Origin: a virus
Lineage: Duplodnaviria > Caudoviricetes
Reading direction: 5' to 3' (one strand)
Length of the DNA: 41,096 bases
IMG/VR virus record: IMGVR_UViG_3300030708_001584
Span: 1 to 41,096 of that record
Made by a program: the position numbers and the translations under genes. Below, piece by piece: positions 16,487 through 26,186 of the stretch (the stretch's first letter is position 1; each line of letters starts with the position of its first letter). The notes under the pieces are model-generated. The model was given only the letters and a program-made list of their open reading frames with translations. It searched no databases and was not told where the DNA came from.

Positions 16487-17391
16487 AATGTAGTGAATGT
16501 AATAGTAGAAAATTTGAATATGATGAAAGATTACAGCAGAATTGTTGTATTGATTGTGGATTTGTAATGGTTGAATCAGCATTTGAAGAAACAGTTCAGA
16601 TTAAATATGGAGATGATGATACTTTTAGGGCTGGAGATAAAGGAACTTTAGGTTCTCTTATTGGTGAATCGCAACCAGAATCTAAACACCTAAAAAGAGC
16701 ATTAAGAACCACTAGAGCAAGAGTTCAATCTAATATATTTACAAAGAATGGTGAAAGAGAAGTAAGGTTTTATAACGTATTAAAGGTTCTTTTGTCTAAT
16801 TATAATACGAGTAATGGTGAATCTATTAAAAGAATAAGTGATGATATTATAACTTATTTTAGGCGTTTAGATAAAAGTCATGATTTGAGGGGTTATACCA
16901 ATGATGAAAGAGCAGCCGCTTTGAGTTACATAGTATTTAGAGAACATGGTTGGCCTGTATCTTTACATTCTATATCTAAACATTCTGATGTAGAAAGAGG
17001 TAGAGTTTCAAAGGTAGCAAGAACTTTTGCTAGAAAATTAGGTAAAACTACGATATTAAGTCAAGTTCCCTTTGTTTCTTGGTGTGAAAGAGAAGCGAAT
17101 ATTATGGGCGGAGAAGAGTTTGGAATTGCTATAATTAATATTGCACCATTAATGCAGAATTTTTTTATGGAATATGGCTTTCCACTTACTAGAGTTCAAG
17201 TAGCCACTACAATGTATTTGTGTAATTTATTGTGTGGTTTTAAATATACACAGAAAAATATCGGTAAACAATTGAAAACTTATCCAATTTCAATAAGAGA
17301 TAGTTTACAAAGGATTTGCGCTCAATTAAATATTAAGCGCGATGATTTACTCACTATGAGTATGGATGATTTTATTAATGGAGTGTTTTGA
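16483..17391 (+). CDS. tfb: transcription factor TFB/TFIIB-like protein
   Basis: N-terminal CSEC...CIDCG ribbon, LGSLIG B-reader region, two cyclin-like repeats (AAALSYIVFR, TQKNIG). Confidence 0.85.
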   Translation: MKCSECNSRKFEYDERLQQNCCIDCGFVMVESAFEETVQIKYGDDDTFRAGDKGTLGSLIGESQPESKHLKRALRTTRARVQSNIFTKNGEREVRFYNVLKVLLSNYNTSNGESIKRISDDIITYFRRLDKSHDLRGYTNDERAAALSYIVFREHGWPVSLHSISKHSDVERGRVSKVARTFARKLGKTTILSQVPFVSWCEREANIMGGEEFGIAIINIAPLMQNFFMEYGFPLTRVQVATTMYLCNLLCGFKYTQKNIGKQLKTYPISIRDSLQRICAQLNIKRDDLLTMSMDDFINGVF

Positions 17392-17392
17392 A

Positions 17393-17968
17393 ATGAGAAA
17401 AATAATGATTATAGGAGCAGGAGGAATTGGTAGTTTTCTAATTCCTTTACTAGATAGAACAGGGTTGTATGATATTACAGTGTTTGACCCAGATAAGGTT
17501 GAAACAAAGAATCTTACTTATCAAAACTTTAAGAAGGGTCATGTAGGACAAAATAAGGCTTTAGTTATGCGTCAAGAATATTCTAACGTAACACATGCTA
17601 GTCAATTTAAAGTTTTAACACCAAGTCAAATTAGCGGATATGATATTGTTGTTTGTTGTGCAGATAATTTAGATGTAAGAAGGCTTCTTTATCGTCAAGG
17701 TTTTGGTGAAGATACTAATTTAAAGTGGTTAGATACAAGAGCGCAAGGAAGAAATGGTGCTGTAATATCTTACAAAGTAGATAAAAATCTAGCAAGCACT
17801 CTTTTAGCCGGTAAAGAAGGTTCTTTTTCCTGCCAAGGAGAAAACTGGGATGGTAGTGCTAAGGGAGTAAATTATATGCAAGTGGTTGTAGCGGGTCTTG
17901 CTATTCAATGGTTACAAAATTACTTCATTGATAATGAAGTATTTGAATATAAGGTGGTGAATGCCTAA
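17393..17968 (+). CDS. ThiF/E1-like ubiquitin-activating adenylyltransferase
   Basis: IIGAGGIGS, FDPDKVETKNLTYQ, CADN, SCQ. Confidence 0.9.
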   Translation: MRKIMIIGAGGIGSFLIPLLDRTGLYDITVFDPDKVETKNLTYQNFKKGHVGQNKALVMRQEYSNVTHASQFKVLTPSQISGYDIVVCCADNLDVRRLLYRQGFGEDTNLKWLDTRAQGRNGAVISYKVDKNLASTLLAGKEGSFSCQGENWDGSAKGVNYMQVVVAGLAIQWLQNYFIDNEVFEYKVVNA

Positions 17969-18399
17969 TGGAATGGAATAATGAAATAAATGATATATGG
18001 AACTTAATACAGAAGACGACTAAGAATGTAACAGATTTATACCCTGTTATATGGAAAACTTCTATGGAGAATGATAATAGAGAAGTGCAAGTTGTTATTG
18101 ATGCTAATGATAATATATATTCTTCAATAGGAAACCCTTCCTTTGTTGCATTTATGCAAGAACCTGTTGGATTAACATTACCTATTAAAGAATGGATTCA
18201 TACGCATCCTTTTGGTAGTGCTTATTTCAGTGGAACTGATATTAGAACTGTAAGAACATTTGAACCAGTTATGGAAAGAGCAACTGTATTAGGTTTTAAT
18301 CAAATAGCAACTTGGACTCCTTTGTTTCAAGAACCTTATGAACACTTTGTTTGGTTACATGAAGATGTAGATTATATTCATGGGGATGAGGAAGAATGA
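17968..18399 (+). CDS. JAB/JAMM metalloprotease
   Basis: REV...WIHTHP...FSGTD (E-HxH-S-D). Confidence 0.88.
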   Translation: MEWNNEINDIWNLIQKTTKNVTDLYPVIWKTSMENDNREVQVVIDANDNIYSSIGNPSFVAFMQEPVGLTLPIKEWIHTHPFGSAYFSGTDIRTVRTFEPVMERATVLGFNQIATWTPLFQEPYEHFVWLHEDVDYIHGDEEE

Positions 18400-18620
18400 A
18401 TGATTACAGATATGTATTTACAACATGTAATAATTGTGGTGTAATAACTTCATTAGTAGATTTACAAAACCATGAAGAGGCTAAATGGTCATGGTATGAT
18501 AAAACAGATGATGTTCTGAGTTATAATTTTAATCAAGCAATTTGTTGTGGCACTGTTTCTAACGGAGCAGTATGTCTTCATTTTACTAACAACAAAGACA
18601 TTTTAGAGGTGAAAGAATAA
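18396..18620 (+). CDS. small Cys-rich protein
   Basis: CNNC...CC...C.H. Confidence 0.65.
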   Translation: MNDYRYVFTTCNNCGVITSLVDLQNHEEAKWSWYDKTDDVLSYNFNQAICCGTVSNGAVCLHFTNNKDILEVKE

Positions 18621-18700
18621 TGTGTGGAGCAATACCTAGTCAATGTGATAAGTGTGGTCATTGGTATAGAATAGGAACTTGTAATAAGTGTAACAATTAA
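18620..18700 (+). CDS. 26-aa Zn-finger microprotein (MCGAIPSQCDKCGHWYRIGTCNKCNN)
   Basis: Manual translation; GAGGTGA RBS. Confidence 0.6.
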   Translation: MCGAIPSQCDKCGHWYRIGTCNKCNN

Positions 18701-18710
18701 TGGTGATAAT

Positions 18711-19106
18711 ATGAAAAGAGCAATCACAGTTACATTTCCTGCTCCATTACCTGCTACTATCAAATGTCCTATATGTGAAGGAAATAAATGTAAAGTATGT
18801 AAAATGTCTGGTAAAATAGACATTAAAGTAGATGCTAAAGTTCCAATACAAAGAGGACATATTATAAAATATATAGCAGATAATCTTAAAGATGTATCAG
18901 CAGAATTAACTAGAACTTATGGATTAACTCCAGAAGTAAATACAGTAGGTGTTCACGATACTGGTGAAGGAAACTATGAGATAGTTCAGTTTAGTAGTAT
19001 TGGTGGAGCATGTTGGGTAGTATTTAGATTAGATGAAATAGAAAACCCAATGTATTTCTTTTCAAGACAAAAGTTAGACAGATGGAAAAAAGGTGGTTAT
19101 GAATGA
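18711..19106 (+). CDS. hypothetical protein with CPICEG..CKVC Zn finger
   Basis: ORF track; GGTGA RBS. Confidence 0.75.
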   Translation: MKRAITVTFPAPLPATIKCPICEGNKCKVCKMSGKIDIKVDAKVPIQRGHIIKYIADNLKDVSAELTRTYGLTPEVNTVGVHDTGEGNYEIVQFSSIGGACWVVFRLDEIENPMYFFSRQKLDRWKKGGYE

Positions 19107-19339
19107 AAGAAGAAAATATATTAGCGAGAATTGCTAGAAACGCAAGTGAAGAATTAATAATAAAAGAAGGAGTATATTGGAATTTAAAAGTTCTAGATAT
19201 ACGTTGGTTTACTAACGGGCGACCAACTAAGAAAGGAGTCCGTATGAATATAGATGAAGGAAGAATATTATTTAATGCATTAAGGAGGATTTACGATGGT
19301 GAGCAAAAGAGAAGCGAGACAATTATTGAAGAAGAGTAA
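19103..19339 (+). CDS. PC4/YdbC-family ssDNA-binding protein
   Basis: LDIRWF...PTKKGVRM. Confidence 0.8.
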   Translation: MKEENILARIARNASEELIIKEGVYWNLKVLDIRWFTNGRPTKKGVRMNIDEGRILFNALRRIYDGEQKRSETIIEEE

Positions 19340-19535
19340 TCCTGAACGTTCACATTCAACAAATGCTGTTTCTACGTTTGCTACTTTAGCAGATAAAATA
19401 TTATTCTTATTTGCTAAGAAAGTAGAAAGCGAAGTAGATAATGTAGAAGGTAGAGGTTCTAGAGTTACATCTGAACATGTTACAAATGCTGCATTACATA
19501 TGATGAGCATTATAGCAGAATTGGAGGAATTATAA
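19296..19535 (+). CDS. histone-fold-like protein
   Basis: Short helix (ARQLLK), S..A, long helix, RVTSEHV..A match the histone-fold pattern. Confidence 0.55.
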   Translation: MVSKREARQLLKKSNPERSHSTNAVSTFATLADKILFLFAKKVESEVDNVEGRGSRVTSEHVTNAALHMMSIIAELEEL

Positions 19536-19657
19536 TGGGAAGAATCAAACAGATAAAAATAGCATATGAAGAAGGAAAGTCCGTAGAAGAAATAGCAAAT
19601 AGTTTAGGGATAAAATATTCTGTTGTAAGGAAAATATTATCGAAGGTGAACGAATGA
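19535..19657 (+). CDS. 40-aa helix-turn-helix microprotein
   Basis: Manual translation GKSVEEIANSLGIKYSVVRKIL; GGAGG RBS. Confidence 0.72.
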   Translation: MGRIKQIKIAYEEGKSVEEIANSLGIKYSVVRKILSKVNE

Positions 19658-21183
19658 CTCTAATTGCATTTTCAAGAATGATGCAAGCAGTAGAGCGTTC
19701 TACTCCTTCAAGGTCTGAAACTATTATTAAGGATAGTTGGGCTTCTTTCGATGACCCAGAACTATTAACTAAAATTATGGCTCTTGAATATGAACCTACT
19801 AATGTTGGTTCAACAAGAGCAAAGAAATGGGTTGCTAAAGCACTAGGATTATTTGATGATGAGTTAGATAACCTTGAATCTCTTTATGGTGACTTTACAG
19901 AGGGAATCTATTTAGATTCACAAAATAGTGTTGATTCTTCTATTACATTACGTGAACTAGATAATTTACTTTCAATGGATTGTAGTAGTATTTCCGGCCC
20001 CTCATACCGCCTGTTTCAAGAGGCATTATCGCGCATGAGTGGGGTTGAACGTAAGTGGTTCCTTCGTTTTTGGCTACGGAATCCGAGAAATGGTCTTAGA
20101 AAAGGTAATCTAGAAAAGGTGCTTAGTAAGATATACGAAAAGCCTCTAAAGCAAATTCGTAAAGATTTATCATACCATAACCTATCTGAAATTGTTTCAT
20201 ATTACATTATGAATGAACAACCTCCGGTGCTTCTATCCTTTGGTCAGTTTATCAAACCAATGTTAGCAAAACCCCTAGTTTCTAAGAAAAAGAAGTTCAA
20301 GGGTGGTATAGTAGATTACAAGTATGATGGTAATAGATACCAAATACATCGCAATAGAGAGTTAGTTATTATCTTCAATAGAAGGGGCAAAGTAGTTACG
20401 GACCAATATCCTGATGTTGTTGAAGATGTATTACAATGGGAACAAACATCATTTATATTAGATACTGAAATATATCCAATTAATCCTGATGGTAGTCCTG
20501 CTCCACATAAAGTTCTTGGAACTAGAGTTCATTCAAAGAATAAAACAGAAGCAGTAGAAAAGTGTCCTGTAAAGATGGTAATATTTGATGCTATGAAAGT
20601 TGGAGAAACAGTTCTTATTGATATGTCTTTAACTGAAAGATTAAATTATATTTCTGATTTCCCTAATCAAGCAACAAGATGGTTAGAACCGGAATCAAGA
20701 AAAGCCTGTTATAATCAAGCAATAGCAGAAGGGTTTGAAGGAATTATGATTAAAAATCCCGATGCTCCTTATGCACCCGGAAAAAGAAGTAATGATTGGT
20801 TAAAACACAAACCACCTCTAATTGAATTAGATGTTGTTGTTTTAGGAGTCAAATATGGTGACGGTAAAAGGTCAGATGTATTTGGTAGTTATTTAATTGG
20901 TGTAAAGGATGGTAATAATTTTCAAAGTATTGGTTGGGTCGGAAGTGGTTTATCCGATTTACAATTAATGAGTTTAACTAGAACACTTCGTAAGCACATA
21001 GAATCTTATGATAAAGGTATTATGTTTACATTACCTAGAGTTGTTCTAACAGTGAAGTCAGATTTAATATCTACTAATGCAGATGGAACTATTGGGCTTA
21101 GATTCCCTAGAGTTTCAGCAATAAGAGATGATAAACCAGTATCAGATATTGATACTATTGAAAGAGTAAAGGAGTTGATGTAA
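19654..21183 (+). CDS. lig: ATP-dependent DNA ligase
   Basis: KPMLA, KYDG, EGIMIK, WLKHK, LRFPR. Confidence 0.96.
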   Translation: MTLIAFSRMMQAVERSTPSRSETIIKDSWASFDDPELLTKIMALEYEPTNVGSTRAKKWVAKALGLFDDELDNLESLYGDFTEGIYLDSQNSVDSSITLRELDNLLSMDCSSISGPSYRLFQEALSRMSGVERKWFLRFWLRNPRNGLRKGNLEKVLSKIYEKPLKQIRKDLSYHNLSEIVSYYIMNEQPPVLLSFGQFIKPMLAKPLVSKKKKFKGGIVDYKYDGNRYQIHRNRELVIIFNRRGKVVTDQYPDVVEDVLQWEQTSFILDTEIYPINPDGSPAPHKVLGTRVHSKNKTEAVEKCPVKMVIFDAMKVGETVLIDMSLTERLNYISDFPNQATRWLEPESRKACYNQAIAEGFEGIMIKNPDAPYAPGKRSNDWLKHKPPLIELDVVVLGVKYGDGKRSDVFGSYLIGVKDGNNFQSIGWVGSGLSDLQLMSLTRTLRKHIESYDKGIMFTLPRVVLTVKSDLISTNADGTIGLRFPRVSAIRDDKPVSDIDTIERVKELM

Positions 21184-21665
21184 TGGTAAAGGTAGGAGAT
21201 TATACATTAATAGGTATGGACCCTTATACAATAGCAGACATTGTAGATGGAATTGCATATCTTAGAAAGATTTCAGAAACTAATAGAGGTAGGCATAAAG
21301 AAATGAAAGTTGAATTAGTGCCATATTTTGAGAATGGTGAATGGATTATACCCGAAAAACCACAGCATAGAGAACCTGCTGTAAAGAAAGTTAATATACC
21401 TACTTTACTTCGGGATGCCGTCGATTTACCTATTTCAAGACCGGCGCGACTTTTAATAAACGAAAACTTAGAATCTATATTAGTTAGTGCAATAGGTATT
21501 GCAGAAGAAAGAGCAAAGTATGAGGGTAGTAAAAAAATATATCCTAGACACTGGCCTTTTATAGAAATGAATTGGGAACATATGGATAGAAAAGCAACAA
21601 ATATTGACTATGATTCATATATGGAGAGTGTAATCAATGGTGAAGAAGTGGAAGAAGAGGCTTGA
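21183..21665 (+). CDS. protein with C-terminal histone-fold-like domain
   Basis: IPTLLRDAVDLPISRPARLLINENLE...AEERAKYEGSKKIYPRH. Confidence 0.6.
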   Translation: MVKVGDYTLIGMDPYTIADIVDGIAYLRKISETNRGRHKEMKVELVPYFENGEWIIPEKPQHREPAVKKVNIPTLLRDAVDLPISRPARLLINENLESILVSAIGIAEERAKYEGSKKIYPRHWPFIEMNWEHMDRKATNIDYDSYMESVINGEEVEEEA

Positions 21666-21975
21666 ATCATTACGAAATGATTACGAAGAAGTAACTCAAT
21701 TTATTTTTATGGTGTATGGACCTTTTGGAGAAAGAGATTTTAAGATTTTAGAATATTCTTTGAAGGATATATTAAATGAAAAAGAATCATTTTATATTTT
21801 CGATGATGTAAACAGGAAAGATGCGGAGACATTTAATATTTTTGAAGGATTATCCTTTCAATTATTTGTTGGAGGAAAACTAGATGAATATACTCAAACA
21901 GCAATTACTAATACCTTAACAGAAGGTTTTAATTATTTAAGAATAAAGGCAGAATTTTATGGAGTTGTATCTTAA
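21637..21975 (+). CDS. hypothetical protein
   Basis: 112-aa ORF within the operon. Confidence 0.7.
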   Translation: MVKKWKKRLESLRNDYEEVTQFIFMVYGPFGERDFKILEYSLKDILNEKESFYIFDDVNRKDAETFNIFEGLSFQLFVGGKLDEYTQTAITNTLTEGFNYLRIKAEFYGVVS

Positions 21976-22376
21976 TGTTTACCAAAGAACAACTTCAAGG
22001 AATTTTACTTTCATTACCGAAATGTGAAATACATATCAACCAAGCAAATAATATTGATATTGGTTATCGAGTGCGTCTAAGAATAAATTTTAGAGCCTCT
22101 TCTAGTGATTTCTTATTAGCCCTGCAAAGAACACTGACTCAATATGAGATTAAATCAACCTTCAAGGAAATAGAACACAAGAGTAGACCAAAACCTATTC
22201 TTAGAGTAAGTGGACATAAAGATGTTTATTTACTTTCTAAATTAATACCCGATTTACCAGATGCTAAAAACGAATGGAAGAAAAATCTAGAAATAATTGA
22301 TATTGTTTCTAGTGGCCAGCATTTAGAATTGCCCGGTCTTGAAAGAATATTTGAATTAAAGGAAGTGTTAGGCTGA
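21975..22376 (+). CDS. degenerate LAGLIDADG-fold protein
   Basis: LQGILLS in place of LAGLIDG, followed by GYRVRLRINF...FLLAL. Confidence 0.6.
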   Translation: MFTKEQLQGILLSLPKCEIHINQANNIDIGYRVRLRINFRASSSDFLLALQRTLTQYEIKSTFKEIEHKSRPKPILRVSGHKDVYLLSKLIPDLPDAKNEWKKNLEIIDIVSSGQHLELPGLERIFELKEVLG

Positions 22377-22387
22377 GTTTTTTAAGT

Positions 22388-23224
22388 GTGGCTAAAAGAG
22401 AAAAACCAATTATAATTACAGGAAAGGCTGGCACAGGTAAAACAACTAAAGCATTAGAAATGTTTGAGAATACTCCAACAATTCTTTATGCTAATGAAGT
22501 TGATTACTTAGATATATTTTCTATACCAACGGATGTTGGTTTCTTAATAGAAGATGTGCATTATAAACCTAAGACGGATAATATTATGAGAATAATAAAT
22601 AATTACAAAGGACAAATAGTATTAACTTCTATGAATGAAAAAGATATTCCTGCTAAAATTAAAAATGCTTGTAAAAAGAAAAGAGCAGGAACTAAAACAT
22701 TATTACAAGATTCTATTAAAGAACTGGCTCCACATTCAGATGAACCTAAGAATTATGATATTAGTGTATTTGATATTGTTAATCAATATCTTAGGTCTAA
22801 AAATAGGGATGATATAAGAGAATTATTATTGCTTAAACGCCCTCCTGATACTCAAATTCTAACATGGTTGAATGAAAATATTCACCCAAATAAAATATCA
22901 TGGATAGACCATAGCGTAAAAAGAAAATGGAGTTCAGATTATTTCTATTCTTTACTTGCCTATACTCATAGCGGTGAACATTATACTAGATTACAATTCC
23001 CTAAGCGTCGTAGTTATAGTGAAATACCTAAAATTTGTAGACGTTTAGGATTAAAGAAAGAAGAAAGTTATTTACTTAGTCAATTGTTTAAAGATGAAGA
23101 ATTTAAAGAATGGGCAAAAAAGAAACTAGATAATAGTCAGTGTAGATTATTAGGTCTAGGAGAAAAGAAAAGGCGTAAGAAAACTACGCCAATAGTAGCG
23201 GAGGTTTCGTTAAATGAATGGTAA
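22388..23224 (+). CDS. clamp-loader-like AAA+ ATPase (RFC large subunit-like)
   Basis: GKAGTGKT, IEDV; adjacent to RFC small subunit. Confidence 0.7.
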   Translation: MAKREKPIIITGKAGTGKTTKALEMFENTPTILYANEVDYLDIFSIPTDVGFLIEDVHYKPKTDNIMRIINNYKGQIVLTSMNEKDIPAKIKNACKKKRAGTKTLLQDSIKELAPHSDEPKNYDISVFDIVNQYLRSKNRDDIRELLLLKRPPDTQILTWLNENIHPNKISWIDHSVKRKWSSDYFYSLLAYTHSGEHYTRLQFPKRRSYSEIPKICRRLGLKKEESYLLSQLFKDEEFKEWAKKKLDNSQCRLLGLGEKKRRKKTTPIVAEVSLNEW

Positions 23225-23519
23225 ACATTTCCAACCAAGTAAATCGAGAAAAAGAAAATTACAGGACAAATACATTGATTTTGCTTTGAGTTTATGGTTT
23301 GATATTAATAACGAAGAACCTTTCACAGTTAGGGAAATAATTTCCTTATTTATAGAAAACAAGAATTTATATAAATCTAAATTTAGATTAAGAAATATAC
23401 CTACTACTTATGTAGTTTCAAGGTATGTTTCAACATTATCTTATGTATCTAGGGTAGATGATAATAAAGCATTATGGAAAATAGATGGTGATAAATATGT
23501 TATGGACAGAAAAGTATAG
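23214..23519 (+). CDS. putative winged-helix protein
   Basis: FTVREI...PTTYVVSRY...LWKI. Confidence 0.6.
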   Translation: MNGKHFQPSKSRKRKLQDKYIDFALSLWFDINNEEPFTVREIISLFIENKNLYKSKFRLRNIPTTYVVSRYVSTLSYVSRVDDNKALWKIDGDKYVMDRKV

Positions 23520-24408
23520 ACCAAGAAGAGTAAATCAAATTGTAGGACAACATCAATTTGTAATAGATGCAGAAACATGGATTGAAAATAAAAACATGCC
23601 TAATGTATTAGCATATGGTAAAGCCGGAACTGGTAAAACTAGTGCTGCTATGGCTCTCGCTATTGAATTATTAGGTGATGATTTCAAAGATAATTTTTAT
23701 GAAATTAATGCTAGTGATGATAGGCGATTAGAAATAGTTAGAACAAATATTAAAGAAATTGCACAAACTGGTAAGTATGGTGATGTTCCGTTTAAAATTA
23801 TTCTTTTGGATGAAATGGATGGAATGACTAATGATGCCCAAAATGCATTGAAAAGAATCATGGAAAGATACAGTGAAAATATTAGGTTCTTTATTACATG
23901 TAATGATAGAAGTAAGATTATATTCCCATTACAATCTAGATGCGCTAACTACCACTTTAAGCCTCTTAATGATATGCAGATGAAGGACTTACTTTGTAAT
24001 ATTGCTAAGACAGAAGAAAACAAAGTTTACGACGATAAAGAAATGGAGGGATTTATATACACCCTTCGCGGAGATATGCGTAGAGGGATTACCCAATTAC
24101 AGGCGAGTATTCACTCAAATACCCCTCTAAGTAAACAAATAGATAATGCTCTAGAAAAACCTAGAGAGATTTTGAATAAAATTGTTGATTCTGATTTGGA
24201 TAGTGCATTAGATATGTTACATGATTTAATCTATGAAGGCAGAGATATTAAAAATATTTGTGGTGATTTACACGATTGTATTATAACTGCTGAAATGGAA
24301 GCACCAAAGAAATATAAATTATTGAGAGTTATTGGAGAATCTGAATGGAGAGCAAATAATATGACTCCAAGAGTTTTAGCATCATGGATGATAGGACAAA
24401 TGAGGTGA
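23497..24408 (+). CDS. rfcS: replication factor C small subunit
   Basis: WTEKYRP, GTGKT, EINASD, LDEMD, QSRC, GDMR. Confidence 0.95.
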   Translation: MLWTEKYRPRRVNQIVGQHQFVIDAETWIENKNMPNVLAYGKAGTGKTSAAMALAIELLGDDFKDNFYEINASDDRRLEIVRTNIKEIAQTGKYGDVPFKIILLDEMDGMTNDAQNALKRIMERYSENIRFFITCNDRSKIIFPLQSRCANYHFKPLNDMQMKDLLCNIAKTEENKVYDDKEMEGFIYTLRGDMRRGITQLQASIHSNTPLSKQIDNALEKPREILNKIVDSDLDSALDMLHDLIYEGRDIKNICGDLHDCIITAEMEAPKKYKLLRVIGESEWRANNMTPRVLASWMIGQMR

Positions 24409-24412
24409 TTAA

Positions 24413-24589
24413 ATGGATAAAGAACTTATTAGAAGATGTATTACTTATCTATCTATAATTGAATCAATGCAAAAATTAGATAATTTGTGGTATCAAAATG
24501 TATTTAAGAACCGCCCAGATTGGGAACAGGGATTACCCCAAACAATAGAAGATTTAAAACAACTACAAGAAGAAAAGGTGATTGGTTGA
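24413..24589 (+). CDS. 58-aa hypothetical protein
   Basis: Manual translation; GAGGTGA RBS. Confidence 0.65.
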   Translation: MDKELIRRCITYLSIIESMQKLDNLWYQNVFKNRPDWEQGLPQTIEDLKQLQEEKVIG

Positions 24590-24726
24590 AGTGCTGCAAT
24601 AAACCAATGTCTATCCTCCATGTGGAGGAAAAACCACTTAATGTCGTATTTATATGCGAATTTTGTGGAAGGCAGTATGAAAGCAAAAAGAAAAAAGAAA
24701 ACAGGAATGTGATAAAATGGACATGA
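24586..24726 (+). CDS. Zn-ribbon microprotein (CCNKPM...CEFCG)
   Basis: TTG start after AGGTGA. Confidence 0.6.
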   Translation: MKCCNKPMSILHVEEKPLNVVFICEFCGRQYESKKKKENRNVIKWT

Positions 24727-25955
24727 ATGAAAATATAAAAGAACAAGTGAGAAAGGCTTCAAGCCTTTTAGGAATGAATGATGAAGAGGGCATGGAGAAG
24801 TTTATGACTATCGTAACAGATAATAACTTAACTTTACCTAATGATGAAGCATTGGCTTTAAGCCTATGGCGACAATACTTTATGAGCGCAAAAACATCAA
24901 AGACGACAGAAAGAAAGGGAAATACAGGTTCTCTTGTAAAGAAATGTTTTGGTTTCTTTATCAGTATGGATGAAGCAAGAAACATTAATGAAAACCTTAG
25001 AAACCGTCTTTTGGCAGAATATCGCCGTGATGCAAATGCTACATTAAGTAGTGGAAAGATTGCTATTGCAGAAGAACAGGCAGATGGTAAGTTTAATATT
25101 ACTAGATACCATAATGATGAAGAACAACAGATTACTAAGGATAGTATGCCTTCTGGTAATGTTGAAGTAGAAGATGGAGTATATCTAATTGCTTTGGATA
25201 ATAATAAGACAAAGTATAATTCAATGGATAAAAACCCTTCATATGGTTCTCCTTTACCTGAATTTAATTGGCGTAGGTCTGGTATTTTCGTAGGAAAGGT
25301 AGATGGTGGAGATGTTATGGTTTGGAACTTTTCATACCGTAATGAAGCCTGTAAGAACTTTAATGCAGGAACTTTCAATTGGGTTCACTTTGATGCTATT
25401 CCAAATGATAATCAACGCCTTAATGGATTTACAGATGGAACATACAATAGTTTGAAGTTCAATACAGATTTAGATACTTCTGATGAAATGTATATTGATG
25501 TATCTTCTCAAAACTTTGTTAGTATTCTAGCAGAAACTAATCCCGATAAGGTTGTTACTCTAATGGAATTAGAGCGAGTTCATCAACAAAACCAAATGAA
25601 GGATTGGGGAGAGCGTTATGTTATTACAGATGGTAGTGTAGTTAATATTAATATGAAGGCTACTTCTAATGGAAATAGGATTCTTTCTATTACAGACCTA
25701 AATTCTGACTTTGATTATGAAGGGGATTCTTGGGGAAGCACTACTTGTTGGATTCCATCTGAAATGAATATTGATTTTGGAATTGGTTCTCAAGTATTAA
25801 TCGTTGGAAGAACTTCTCAGGGAACTGATGAAAATGGTATGTTAAGGCCAGTAAGTATTAATGTTTCAGGATTATATGTTCTAGAGCGTCGTGGTTCTGT
25901 ATCTTTTGATGTTCCACAAGATATTGAGGAAGATACTGATTGGTTTAGTGTTTAA
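24717..25955 (+). CDS. OB-fold ssDNA-binding protein (RPA-like), putative
   Basis: C-terminal ITDGSVV...ITD...CW...GSQVLIVGR OB pattern; acidic/aromatic tail. Confidence 0.65.
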   Translation: MDMNENIKEQVRKASSLLGMNDEEGMEKFMTIVTDNNLTLPNDEALALSLWRQYFMSAKTSKTTERKGNTGSLVKKCFGFFISMDEARNINENLRNRLLAEYRRDANATLSSGKIAIAEEQADGKFNITRYHNDEEQQITKDSMPSGNVEVEDGVYLIALDNNKTKYNSMDKNPSYGSPLPEFNWRRSGIFVGKVDGGDVMVWNFSYRNEACKNFNAGTFNWVHFDAIPNDNQRLNGFTDGTYNSLKFNTDLDTSDEMYIDVSSQNFVSILAETNPDKVVTLMELERVHQQNQMKDWGERYVITDGSVVNINMKATSNGNRILSITDLNSDFDYEGDSWGSTTCWIPSEMNIDFGIGSQVLIVGRTSQGTDENGMLRPVSINVSGLYVLERRGSVSFDVPQDIEEDTDWFSV

Positions 25956-25964
25956 GGTGATTAA

Positions 25965-26186
25965 ATGACTACTATTATTAAAGAAGATAATTTTATCTTT
26001 GACTTGAAGGAGGTGGAATTTATTACTTGGTCACATAATCATGATGATGGCCGATGGTTCATTAAATTCCACTTACCTTCTGGCAAAGAATGTAGAGTTA
26101 AAGTTGAAGAGAAGCATGAAGTAGATGATATTGTTAATAAATGGAATGCAATTAAAGATGGTGAATATGATGAGTTGGACGACTAA
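25965..26186 (+). CDS. hypothetical protein
   Basis: ORF track; AGGTGA RBS. Confidence 0.7.
   Translation: MTTIIKEDNFIFDLKEVEFITWSHNHDDGRWFIKFHLPSGKECRVKVEEKHEVDDIVNKWNAIKDGEYDELDD

Noticed and set aside
24650-25378. 242-aa minus-strand ORF and similar shadow ORFs (2399, 2518, 2868, 5024, 7154, 9865, 10287, 11791, 12177, 12981, 18578, 19280, 22635, 24493, 28117, 28957, 30940, 32057, 39623, 40009)
   Set aside because: Antisense or out-of-frame to well-supported genes, with no recognisable motifs.
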